Shown here one piece after another: positions 52,025 through 63,742 of a DNA stretch of 64,000 nt. Positions within the stretch are counted from its first letter, which is position 1. Each line of letters starts with the position of its first letter. Made by a program: the position numbers and the translations under genes. The notes under the pieces were generated by a model. It was not told where the DNA came from. It made no database searches and was given only the letters and a program-made list of their open reading frames with translations. Source of the stretch: Phaeosaccion multiseriatum (taxonomy: Eukaryota; Protista; Ochrophyta, other classes). The stretch covers positions 3,286,001 to 3,350,000 of the forward strand of contig OZ218954.1 of NCBI GenBank assembly GCA_965112735.1. Direction: 5' to 3'.

Positions 52025-55000
52025 CCCACCCACCCACTGACTCACTGCACCCAGTCATTGACATACTACACCCACTGCCACACGTGACTCACCTGGTCCA
52101 TGAGGAGGAAGCGCAGTGCGTTGACAGGGTCCTGCATCCACATAATCTTGGTGAAGGAGAAGATGGCACCATCGAAGTTCTCCGCCCCGGCGCCTCCCAT
52201 CATGCCCCCCAAACCGGCCTTCTTCTTCTTCTTGAACTTGCCCTTGGGTCGCTTACTACCCGTGGCGGTGGAGGCCTCCTGCTCCTCGCGGTCATCTCCG
52301 GCGGCGAGGATTTGTTCCTTGGCAGAGATCATTTGGTTCGCCTCTCCGTTGGTCTTGGCGGCCAGGGCACCTCGGGCCTGGGCGGAAGCCTTGGACTTGA
52401 GATTCAGGCGGGAGGGGAGCAGACGCAGCAGCTTGTCCAGCTGCACCAGACGCTTCTTGAGGCCCTGGTTGGCGACAATCTCAAACTGCACGCCAATGAC
52501 GAAGCGGTAGATGTTGTCGGCGTCGAACACGGGCTTCATGGACAGCAGGTTCTGGAACTTCTCGCCGTTCTTGCGGTAGTTGGTGAGCTTGACGTGGCAG
52601 TCCTGGCCCTTGGACAGGGTGTTGCGAATCACAGCAATGGACTCGGGCTCCGTGTCGGGGCCCTGCAAGAAGCGGCAGTTACGCCCGACGGCCTCCTCCT
52701 TGGTGTACCCCGTGGTCTTGGTGAACTCGGAGTTGATGAAAACCATGGGCGCACCGGGAATGGTCATGTCGCTGATGACAATGCAGGCCGGGAAGGACTC
52801 GGCCGTGCTGACGAACATGTTGAGCCAATCGTCGGCGTCCTGCGGGTCCTTGTTGCCGCCCACGGCTCCCTCCATGCCCGCAGCAGCGTTGGGGTCGGAC
52901 TTCTTGAGGTCGTCCATCACGGCGGCGCAGTACTTGGACTTGACGAAGCGAGGGAAGGCGTCGAAGGCGAGCATGTTGAGCGTCGTATCTGCCTCCTCCG
53001 AGATGGAGGTGAGCGCCGCACCCGCATCGACGTTACCCGCTCCGGCCGAGTTGGCAGAGTCCCAGAGGTCCTGGGTGCCCTTGGTGCGCTCCTGGGCGCC
53101 AATGCCGGACCCCTGGGTGGCCAGGTAGCTCGAGTAGCAAGCCGTGGCAGCAGCCTGCTGCTCTGCGCCACTCATCTTTTGGACCTTGTACACCTCCAGG
53201 AGGAAGTCGAGCTGGGCCTCGCCGTACTCGAGCGCCAGGAATTCTCTGAACTTGGTCTGTCCGACCTCCTTCTCCAGAATGTTCTTGAGGGAGGTGGTGG
53301 CGTCTTGCATCCACAGCGTCTTGGTGAACTCCATCATGGCGCTCTTGTGCTTCTTGCCGAACTTCTTGCCTGTTTGAGTTTGAGTGGGGTGGACGGAGTA
53401 GAGAGTGGATGAGGGAGGGAGGGAGGGAGGGAGGGAGGGAGGAGGTGAGTGAGTGAGTGAGTGAGTGAGTGAGTGAGTGAGTGAGTGAGTGAGTGAGTGA
53501 GTGAGTGAGTGAGTGAGTGAGTGAGTGAGTGAGTGAGTGAGTGAGTGAGTGAGTGAGTGAGTGAGTGAGTGAGTGAGTGAGTGAGTGAGTGAGTGAGTGA
53601 GTGAGTGAGTGAGTGAGTGAGTGAGTGAGTGAGTGAGTGAGTGAGAGTGGGTGGGTGGGTGGGTGAGTGGACGAGTGAGTGGATGAGTGGGCGAGTGAGT
53701 GTGTGAGTGAGTGAGTAGAATGAGTGAGTGAGCGAGTGAGCGAGCGAGTGAGTGAGAGTGAATGCGTATGTGAGTGAGTGCGTGAGTGAGTGAGTGGTGC
53801 GTATCAGAATAGTGAGTTAGTGAGTTAGTGAGTGCCAGGAGAGCGTGTCAGGACAGACAGACACCCCATACCACCACACGTACCGTAGTGCGACTTGTTC
53901 TTCTTGCCGCCCACCGTAATTTCAGACACAATCTGATCACCAGCGTCTTGCTCAGCCGGACCACCAGCAGCACCGGGGATGCCACCGGGCATTCCACCGG
54001 GCATTCCACCGGGCATTCCACCGGGCATGCCACCGGGCATGCCACCCATGGCTCCCATGCCTCCCATCGCACCACCCACTCCGGGTGTAGGTCCGGCGGC
54101 GGTCATGTCGGTTACACGTGCGAGAAGCGTTTCATCCCCGGTGTAGTTGGTGGGCATGAGGCGAGAGATGTCGTCCGGGTCTTCTCCAGTGAGCGTGGAG
54201 GGGAGGATGCGAAGGACGCGCTCCATCTCCACGAGCTGACGGGTCATGTCTGGCGAGTTGCAAAACTCCATCTGCAGCCCAATGACAAAGGTGTAGTCCC
54301 CCTCGGGCGAGAAGACGGGGTGGGTGCAGAACATGCACTGGAACTTTGTCCCGTTGGCCTTGTAGTTGTGCAGCTTGATGCAGAGGGGCTCGTGCTGACG
54401 GAGCGAGTCCATAATCTCATCGTTGCAGTAGTCTTCCGTTTCCTCCCCCTGGAGGAAGCGACAGTTACGTCCGATGGAGGTGGCGGGGTCGTGCCCCGTG
54501 ACGGTCCGGAAACCCTCATTGACGTGGGCCAGGGGGATGCCTGGGACGGTCATGTCGCTGACGACCATGCCAATGCTCACAGTTTCGGACATCGTTCGGA
54601 ACATATCGAGCCTAAGGGGAGAGGAGGGGAGGGAGGGAGGGAGGAAGGGAGGGAGGGTAGTGGAGGGGAGCGGAGGGGAGCGGAGGAGAGGTAAGGTAAG
54701 GGGGTGTCGGGACCTACCGCACACGCACGCACGCACGCACACACACACACACACACACCCATACACGCACACACAAACGCACAAACATACACACTTGATG
54801 ATCCAGTAGCAATGCAACTCCCTCCCACCGCATCCTTCTTCTTTCCACCCTTCCTCCCTCCCGCTCTTCCTCCCTCCCTCCCTCCCTCCCTCCCTCCCTC
54901 CCTCCCTCTCTCTCTCTCCTTCCTTCGCAAGCGAGCTGTACCGTACTGTACTCACCAGAAGCTGGGTGCCTTTGGGTTCTTGCCGGCGGCGACGGTCGGA

Positions 55001-56946
55001 CAGCAAAGCTGCTCTCCAGCCATCTCGCGAGCGTTCAGCATCTGTTGGCGGAAAGTAGGGGGAATGGGGAGGAGGGAGGAGGGAGGAGGGAGGAAGAAGG
55101 AAGAAGGACAAAGCAAAGGAGCACGGTGGAAGGCGTGAGCAAAGGGAATGAAATGCACTTTAAATTTATTACAAGAAAAAAGTGAACAAATGTTTACGGA
55201 AAGGGAAGTTGCCATGAGCCCCACCCTACCCCACCGTGTCACCAACCCCTTTACCACTCCAACACCCACCCGTATCACCAACCCCTGCACCTCACTAACG
55301 CCTGTACTAACCTTGATAGTGGTCTGCGCAAATTTGGAGCTCATGAAGCGAGGGAACATGTCCGTGGCGAGAAAGTACATGGTCTGCTGTTGCTTGTTCT
55401 CCATCTCGGCGAGGATGGGGCCAAAGTCGGTGCGGGGCATCTCTCCGACGACAATCTCATTGTTGGTGCAGTAGAAGAGCTTGTTGTTGTCCATCACGCG
55501 GTGAAGTCGGCGGGCAATCTTGTCCTTCTCGTGGGGCGGCGCCGTTTTGATTTGTTCCGCCAAATTGTAGAACTCCATGTGCCCCTCCATCACCACGGAA
55601 CAAGTCTTGGCGTACTCCACCAGCAGCTGGTTCGCCACCGGGTCTCGGGCCAGCGCCACGAAAGCGGGCATGGGCTGATTGAGCCACATGATTTTGGTGA
55701 AGGCAAAGATGGTGTTGTCCCAATTGTAATTGGCGGAGTCGACCTCAAGGTCGTCCTCCACCATCACTCGTGGGCCACCCTGGGCCTCTCCCTCGGCCTT
55801 CTCGGCAGCGACGACGTTCTCCTTGTTGGCGAGCTCGGTGTTAGCCTCTCCGGTGGTCTTGGCGGCCAGCTTGCCTCGGGCACGGGCCTTGGCTTTGGAC
55901 TTGAGATTCAGGCGGGAGGGGAGCAGACGCAGTAGCTTGTCCAGCTGCACCAGACGCTTCTTGAGGCCGTCGTTGTTGACAATCTCAAACTGCACGCCAA
56001 TGACGAAGCGGTAGATGTTGTCGGCATCGAACACGGGCTTCATGGACAGCAGGTTCTGGAACTTCTCGCCGTTCTTGCGGTAGTTGGTGAGCTTGACGTG
56101 GCAGTCCTGGCCCTTGGACAGGGTGTTGCGAATCACAGCAATGGACTCGGGCTCCGTGTCGGGGCCCTGCAAGAAGCGGCAGTTACGCCCGACGGCCTCC
56201 TCCTTGGTGTACCCCGTGGTCTTGGTGAACTCGGAGTTGATGAAGACCATGGGCGCACCGGGAATGGTCATGTCGCTGATGACAATGCAAGCCGGGAAGG
56301 ACTCGGCCGTGCTGACGAACATGTTGAGCCAATCGTCGGCGTCCTGCGGCGTCTTGTTGGCGGCGCCCTCCATGCCCGCAGCAGCGTTGGGGTCGGACTT
56401 CTTGAGGTCGTCCAGCACCGGGCCGCAGTACTTGGACTTGACGAAGCGAGGGAAGGCGTCGAAGGCCAGCATGTTGAGCGTCGTCTCCGCCTCCTCAGCA
56501 ACCTTAGCCATGGCTGTTGCTGCGTCGACAGAGTCGGCGCCACTCGCATTCGCGTAGTCCCACAGCTGCTGCGTGTCCTTGGTGCGCTCCTGGGCACCAA
56601 TGCCCGAACCCTGCGTGTTCATGAAGGATGCATAGATGGACTGGGCAGCCTCCCCCTGCTTGTCTGCGGGAAGGTCCTTAATCTTAAACGCCTCCAGGAG
56701 GAAGTCGAGCTGGGCCTCTCCGTACTCCAGCCCGAGAAACTCTCGAAACTTTTGCTGAGCCACCTCCTTCTCGAGCAGGTTGCGCAGAGAGCTTACCGCG
56801 TCCTGCATCCAGAGCGTCTTGGTGAACTCCATCATGGCGCTGCCGTGCTTCTTGCCGAACTTCCGACCATATTGATCTCGCCCCTTTCCACCCCCCGTCT
56901 GGACGTCGTCCCCCGATGACACCTTCTTTGACTTCTTTTTCACCAT
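50476..56946 (-). CDS. helmchrome: Helmchrome-type blue-light photoreceptor with RGS and four LOV domains
   Basis: Exons 56946-55312, 55041-54956, 54611-53884, 53369-52093, 51831-51587 and 51328-50476. LOV signatures GRNCRFLQG x3 and GKNCKFLTG. RGS signatures FREFLxLEYGEAQLDFL...DAFPRFVKSKY x2. RGS+LOV tandem architecture is the established hallmark of ochrophyte helmchrome. Confidence 0.92.
53445..53830. repeat. (GAGT)n intronic microsatellite
   Basis: Direct reading. Confidence 0.97.
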
Positions 56947-59037
56947 GGTCCCCTAAGTGGTGGTGCAAAGAAGCGACAGGAGACCTGTTAATTCCGACAG
57001 CTGCTGCTGCCCTGCCCCCCCCTCTCTCCCCTCTCCCCGGAGTGAGACGGCACTCGTGTGAAGGAGCAACAACTCTGTGGAATGGGGGGCGTAGGAATAA
57101 AAGCGAGGCACGGAGCAGAGATGGAGCGAGATGAGGAACAATGTTCATGTCGGGGGAGGAGAGTCAGGGGTGGGGAAAGCGCATCAGTATGAGTGGCACA
57201 GCAGAGCAGGCATCAGCCACACCCATCTCTCGTCGGAACTCCCTCCCTCAAACCCTGAACAAGCCTCCCAACCCAGAATGCGCTGCTGCTGCGGCTGCTG
57301 CGGCGGCTGCTGCTGCTGCTGCTGCTGCTGTTACTCCCCCCCCCCCCCCGCAACGCTCTCGCCTCTTTTTCGCCCCAAGCCCCATAGCCCTTCCCCTCCT
57401 CCCCCTCCCTCACCTTCAGGTGTATTTCCTCGCTGTATGTGTAATCTCCTCTCCCCACCTTAGTCGCTGTCTCCTTTTGCCTCTTGTTGCTGTAAAAAAT
57501 AACTGTTGCTGCGAAGAGAATGCCCCGTAACGAGCTGCGCTGTGGTATTACAGTCCACTGAGGCAACAAGAAAGCGTTAGTTGTGGCGAAATTGGCGTTT
57601 CAGGCGTTTCGTTCTCAGGTTAGGTTACGTAATACTTACTTTTTCATATGGTCTAGTTGCTATATCGACGATATAGACCTCCCAGAGGACCAGAGGCAAG
57701 GCCAAGACACACGGTCCAAGGAGGCGGACCGCTCTCGGGCACTGACGATGAAATATGGGCCGCAATTGTGTTGGCTCGCTCGTAGTTACCAATAAAGGAA
57801 CGTGCTTGCCGAGTGAGTGGCGCAAAGAACGGGAGGGCGCGCGTGTGTGCGTGTGTGCGTGTGTGCGTGTGTGCGTGTGTGCGTGTGTGCGTGTGTGCGT
57901 GGGTGTGTGCACCTGCCTGCGCTGCCCTACTCATTATGAAATAGGCGAACGAGTCCCTTTCCACTGGCTGCTGCACCTCCCCTTCTTCACGCACGCACGG
58001 ACGCACCCACGTACGCACACACCGCAGCCTCAGCCTCCATGCATCCACGCACACGTATTACCCGACCACTCTACGATTAGCCATGCTGGGCATCGCATCT
58101 GGTCTGGCTGGCATTGCTTGCGTCATTGGGGGAGCGACACAGAGGGGTGACGTTGACAGGAAGGCCAAGAAGGGCCTTGCTTAGTCACGAGGCGGAGGAG
58201 GCAGAGGGAGTGGACGGGAGGAGCTTCTGGGTGCGGCATGGAGGGGGGGTGGACGAAGGCCCTCATTGCTCCCCTCTCTCTTAGCTAGCAGCCTCCCGGG
58301 AGAGAGGGGTGTTTAAACGATGGACCCCCTCCCTCCCTCCTTCCCTCCCCCATGACTCACCCACTCACGCACACTCGCACTCTCTCCCTCCCTCCCCCAA
58401 TACCTCACCCACTCACGCTCATTCACACACGCCTAATCGCGAACTCTCCCCCCCTCACCCACATGACGAAAAGGGGGGATTCCCTCCCTCATGAGAAGTA
58501 CACAAGAGGCAAAAGAGAGGACAGTGCTCAGTCAGTCTCAGCTCAAAAAGCCACCCAAAGCGAAAAAGCGCGAAGCAAATCTCTGTTGTGCGTGTTTGGC
58601 TCGCATTTTGTGTGATGAAGGTACGTGTCTACTTGTCTACCTATCGACCTATCGCGAGAATCACCTCATCATGGCCTCCTGTGGCGAGTACGTTAGTGAG
58701 TGAGGTCCACATCCAAAATCCCCCACAGGTTGTATCATTTTTGCGTCGTTTACTGTACCTACTTACAAACATCCACTTTGTTTCATGCCCGTTACCAGAG
58801 AGGACAGCAGAGAGAAGTACAAGACTGCCTGCCTGCCTCGACTCCCTCTACCTTCTACCCTCCTCCTCACGGGAAAAGAGCGAGCAACTTCACTCTCAAA
58901 CAGAATGTCTTCAATGAACGCAATACCATCATCAATAACGGTCAAACAAGAATGCCTTGTCACCAACCAGTCGTCAAACAAAAACAGTAGTCAGTCAGTA
59001 ATAAGAAAGAAAAAAACCTAAAACGTAAACGCTGTTG

Positions 59038-59690
59038 CTAACCCATCATCATGTCGTCAAGCTCCTCATCCTCGTCGAACTCTCCCTCCTCCTCGGCGGT
59101 GGCATCCTGGTACTGCTGGTACTCTGACACGAGATCATTCATGTTGGACTCGGCCTCCGTGAACTCCATCTCGTCCATGCCCTCGCCGGTGTACCAGTGA
59201 AGGAAGGCCTTACGTCGGAACATGCTCGTGAACTGTTCAGCCACTCGCTTCCACACCTCCTGGATGGCGGTGGTGTTGCCCACGAAGGTCGTGGACATCT
59301 TAAGGCCCTTGGGGGGGATGTCACAGATGGATGCCCTGCGGTGTGGTGGATGGATGGATGGGTGGAGGAAGGAGGGGTTAGTCTACGAGCTTTGAAGGAC
59401 GGAAAGAAGGGTGTGCGTGCGACTGACGGTGCAAGGAAAGGGGAAAAGGCGTGTCTCTCTCTCACTCTGGAGAGGCTCATTTTCAAGCAGGACGGGAACA
59501 AAACAAACAAAAAAGAGGGAAAGAAGCAAAAAGAGGGGGGGGGGGGTGGAAGTGGGTGGGGTGGGTGCGGCGGGTGAAATTGAAACTTACTTTACATTGT
59601 TGGGGATCCACTCGACGAAGTAGCTGTGAAGGGAGGAGCGGACAGTGTGTAGCGCAGGGGCAAGAGAGAGAGATAGATAGATAGATAGAT

Positions 59691-59722
<32 letters not shown>

Positions 59723-60917
59723 GAGGCAGGCAGCGGGGCAAAGTGGTGTCAGTGGGTGAAACGGTTGAAACAGCCCTTGGAGGCCGGGGAAACACGCTCG
59801 GGGCAATGGAGGCAAGAAGAGCCGCCGCTACCAATACAGAGAGACGTGCACATGGATCCCTTCCCCCCCCCCCGCTTGCAAAGCAAAGCAATAGACCCTA
59901 CCTGGAGTTCTTGTTGACCACGTTAAGCATCTGCTCGTCCACCTCCTTGGTTGACATGCGTCCGCGGAACATGACGGCGCAGGTGAGGTAACGTCCGTGG
60001 CGGGGGTCGGAGGCGCACATCATGTTCTTGGCGTCGAAGCACTGCTGGGTGAGCTCGGGCACGGTGAGGGCGCGGTACTGCTGGGAGCCGCGCGAGGTGA
60101 GGGGTGCAAAGCCGATCATGAAGAAGTGGAGACGGGGGAAGGGGACCATGTTGACGGCCAGCTTACGCAGGTCGCAGTTGAGCTGTCCGGGGAATCGCAG
60201 GGAGCAGGTGGTTCCACAGATGGCGGCGGACACCAAGTGGTTGAGGTCTCCGTAGGTGGGGGTGGTGAGCTTAAGGGTGCGGAAGCAAATGTCGTACAAG
60301 GCCTCGTTATCCAGGGTGAAGCACTGGTCGGCGTTCTCCACGAGCTGATGCACGGAGAGGGTGGCGTTGTAGGGCTCCACGACGGTGTCGGACACCTTGG
60401 GGGAGGGGATGACAGAGTAGGTGGACATGATGCGGTCCGGGTACTCCTCCCGCACCTTGGAGATGAGAAGGGTGCCCATTCCTGCGCCAGTTCCGCCGCC
60501 CATGGAGTGGGTCAGCTGGAACCCCTGCAAGCAGTCGCAGGACTCCGCCTCCTTCCTAACCACGTCCAGCACCGAGTCAATCAGCTCTGCCCCCTCCGTG
60601 TAATGCCCCTTGGCCCAGTTGTTGCCCGCCCCGGTCTGCCCAAACACAAAGTTGTCGGGGCGGAACAGCTGCCCAAAGGGGCCGGCGCGCACGGAGTCCA
60701 TGGTACCGGGCTCCAGGTCCATGAGGATGGCGCGGGGCACGTAGCGGCCGCCCGTGGCCTCGTTGAAATAGACATTGATTCGCTCCAACTGAATATCAGA
60801 GTCCCCGTGGTAGGAACCAGTGGGGTCAATGCCATGCTCGTCGGAGATGACTTCCCAGAACTTGGAGCCGATCTGGTTGCCACACTGGCCGGCTTGGACA
60901 TGGACAATCTCTCTCAT
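59038..60917 (-). CDS. TUBB: Beta-tubulin
   Basis: [17 protein letters not shown]...GGGTGAG...[18 protein letters not shown]. Exons 60917-59902, 59623-59591 (33-nt exon) and 59335-59038. Confidence 0.99.
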
Positions 60918-61446
60918 GCTGTTGAATGCTCCTTCCTTCCTCTCTGCTCTTTGTGTTGGTCGGCTCTGTGCTCCCGGGAGCGAAGTAAGTCGCTCTCTGT
61001 CTCGCTGCACTCAGGTACTCTCGCTGCACGCAAAACCTCTCTCTCTCTCTCTCTCTCTCTCTCCTCGGGTTTGTGGTTGTGTCTTCGTTCTCTGTGGTCT
61101 GGCTGTGGGTAATTACGCGATGATTTTTAAAGGTGGCGCTCGGGAGAAAAATAAAAAGAAAAAAGCGCAGCACAGCCTCAAAATGGTATAAATAACGGCC
61201 TATCGCGAGAAAACGGCAGAACTGAACCCGGGATAGTGGGATCACACACCCAGGGCATTGCTTCCCCCATGTCAATGATTCAGTTTGCATTTCCGTTTTA
61301 GAGCCCGTCGTTCCCCAGACTCGCAATAGACGCGTCTTGCTGCCTCTCCTGCTGCCTTTGCCTCGTGGTGTGTCCGACCGCTTCGATCCGCGGGCCACAG
61401 AGCTGCGTGTGCCGGTTCTGCGTGTGTTGCTACTCTGTCGGCGAGC
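60918..61446. promoter_or_regulatory. Probable bidirectional promoter region (beta-tubulin / ARPC2)
   Basis: Divergent start codons ~530 bp apart. AT-rich segment with TATAAA at ~61187 and a (CT)n tract in the tubulin leader. Confidence 0.5.
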
Positions 61447-63688
61447 ATGGCGCGAAAAGTCGAGGTAAAGCAAGCAGCAAAATTGGGATTTTTTTTCTTT
61501 TCTTCCTTCCCCCCTTTGAACAGCTTTACCTTCCTGTTCGATTGGCTTCACAGCGGGTCGTGGGTGGGGTTCCTTCTTTCTTGCAAAGAGCTTGTTTCCC
61601 TGCCCTCTGATCAGCTCGGTCTGCCCTTCTTACCTCCTTTCCTCCCCTCCCCCTCCCTTCCCTTCCCTCAGGGGCAGATATTTCTGGACAGCTTTAGCCC
61701 TATCTTGAAGGACCTCATCGCGCCGCGCCTCTTGGAGGGCAAGCGGGAGTCATGCGAGTTCAAGGTCTCCGACTTCGACGACGTCATGTACAAAGTGAGT
61801 GAGTTGGTTGGTTGGTTAGTGCGGGAAGGAGGAAGTAGGGAGGGTGGGGGGCAATGCACTCTGCTCAAGTCCGCCTCGTTCCTTGGTCAGCGAGTGAGTG
61901 GGGCGGCACTCTGGTCACTCAACCCCTCCATCCGTGCGTCCCTCGCTTTCTTCTCTTATAAGTGCCTTCTCCGCCCGGCCTGCCCTGCATCGAGAAAACT
62001 TACCGTATCAATCTACCTCTTCTCGCTCGGCCCCGAGTCGCATTCGGAACAAATCCTCCTTCTCCCCGCAAATACTCACCCTCCACTCCACTCCACTCCA
62101 TTGACCCCTCATCCCCCCCCCCCCCCTCCTCATGCAGGTGGTGGTGCCGGTGGATGCTCTGTCCACCCTCTCTCTGTCCATCAGCATGGTGGGCTTCGCC
62201 AAGATCATGGAGCAGGGCGGAGAGGAGCTCCTCAAGTCACAATACGGAGCGTTGGTCGCTCCTGCAGCGCCGGGATACGACCTCACCCTCACAGTGGACC
62301 TGGAAGCGCCACCCATGCCCGCAGAGACCGTGCTGACGCTGTGAGTCTAGTCGGCGCTTGCTTGTGTTCTTAACTTACCTGCTTTTGTTGCTTGCTTACC
62401 TTCGTTTGGCTTGTGCTGGCTTCTGCTTGCCTGAGCTCGCTGGCTGGCTTGCTTGCTTGCTTGCTTGCTTCATTCCTCTCGTTGCGTTGCGCGCTCGCCA
62501 CTCCACGTCCAATCGCTTGTACGGTTCTCAGCCTCCACTTTGATCCACTCAAACACTCAAACATCCACTCGTTTTCACTCGCCCGCTTGCTCACTCCCTC
62601 ACTCCCCACCCCTCCCCTCCCTCCCTCCCTTAAGCCTGACGGAGGTGAAGCGCAACCTCCAGGGGCTGCTCCTGACGAGGGCCTTCACCTCTCTCCTCAA
62701 GGGCACCGCGTCATCCCTGCCCATGCTGACAGTCTGTTGGAGGAAGTCGGGGGAGACGGTCTACATCGTCCCTCAGGTAAGGCTCCATTCGTTGAAACGC
62801 TTGAAACGCTTCAATTTAGGGCCGGGGGGGGGGGGGGGCGGGGCTTCTCTTGCTTTTTCTCCGTCTCTCTCCCTCACCCTACTCACCCACCTGTCTTTCC
62901 CTTCAACACTCTCTCCTTTCCTCTCCCTCTGCCCCCCCTCTCTCTTTCCCTCTCTCCTCCTTCCCCTCTCGTAGACGGACCGTGTAACTGTGATATTCGG
63001 GGTCGACTTTCCCGAGGACGACGAGAAGGCGCTCTCTAAGGTAAGCAAGGGTCCCACCGCATACCTTGTACTTGGTGCCCTAATGTATACCCCGTACCTG
63101 GACCCGATTCATACCCTATGTACAGCACGTGGTTGTTGTCACGCTGTTGGCGGTGGTGCTGCTGCTGATATTGCTTCTCTCCCTGCTTTCTGTGTATCCC
63201 CTGCCGTCATTGCAACAACATCCACACACACGCATGCACACACGTACACACAACCACCCCCCCACAATCACCCACCCACCCACATGCACGCACGTGCACG
63301 CACATAAACACACACACAAACGACACACCCACTCAAAACCACACACACGCACGCACACACCCAACCACCCACAATCACCTAACCCCCCCCCCCACACACA
63401 CACACTCACACAACCACCCACCCACAATCACCCACACACAATCCCACCCATACTACGCACGCACGCACTCACACACACACACGCACAACCGCCCACCCAC
63501 CCACAATCACGCACACACACACACACACACACACACATGCCCCCAGGTGTTCCTGATGGAGTTTGCCGACGCGCAGCGCGGTGCCAACAACTCCCCACCC
63601 TGCAGCTTCACCCCAGAGCCCCCCCTGGAGCTGCAGGGCGTCAGCATGGACCCACGGAATGTTCCCGGGGTAGGGTACCTCACTTTCG
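61447..63688 (+). CDS. ARPC2: Arp2/3 complex subunit 2 (p34-Arc); 3' end lies beyond the window
   Basis: Spliced peptides QIFLDS...SDFDDVMYK, GYDLTLTVDL, VKRN, ETVYIVPQ|TDRVTVIFGVDFPEDDEKALSK|VFLMEFADA...PPCSF..EPPLEL...GYLTF match ARPC2. Confidence 0.92.
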
Positions 63689-63695
63689 GTGCGTG

Positions 63696-63742
<47 letters not shown>

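Larger units (their letters stand above)
3594..55283. repeat. Dispersed 15-bp motif family CAGTTGGTGATACAG / CTGTATCACCAACTG (span given is first to last copy)
   Basis: Perfect copies start at 5506, 6712, 12919, 13882, 29207, 31252, 32636, 36403, 42903 and 48102. One-mismatch copies at 14064, 23901, 24066, 25203, 30467, 31273, 40388 and 47337. Confidence 0.9.

Noticed and set aside
51877-53412. Long + strand ORFs antisense to helmchrome (also 56098-56919, and 59997-61112 opposite tubulin)
   Set aside because: Shadow ORFs produced by strong GC3 codon bias on the real minus-strand genes.
57000-59030. Short ORFs between helmchrome and beta-tubulin
   Set aside because: No domain signal or coding-like composition; probably promoter/UTR sequence.
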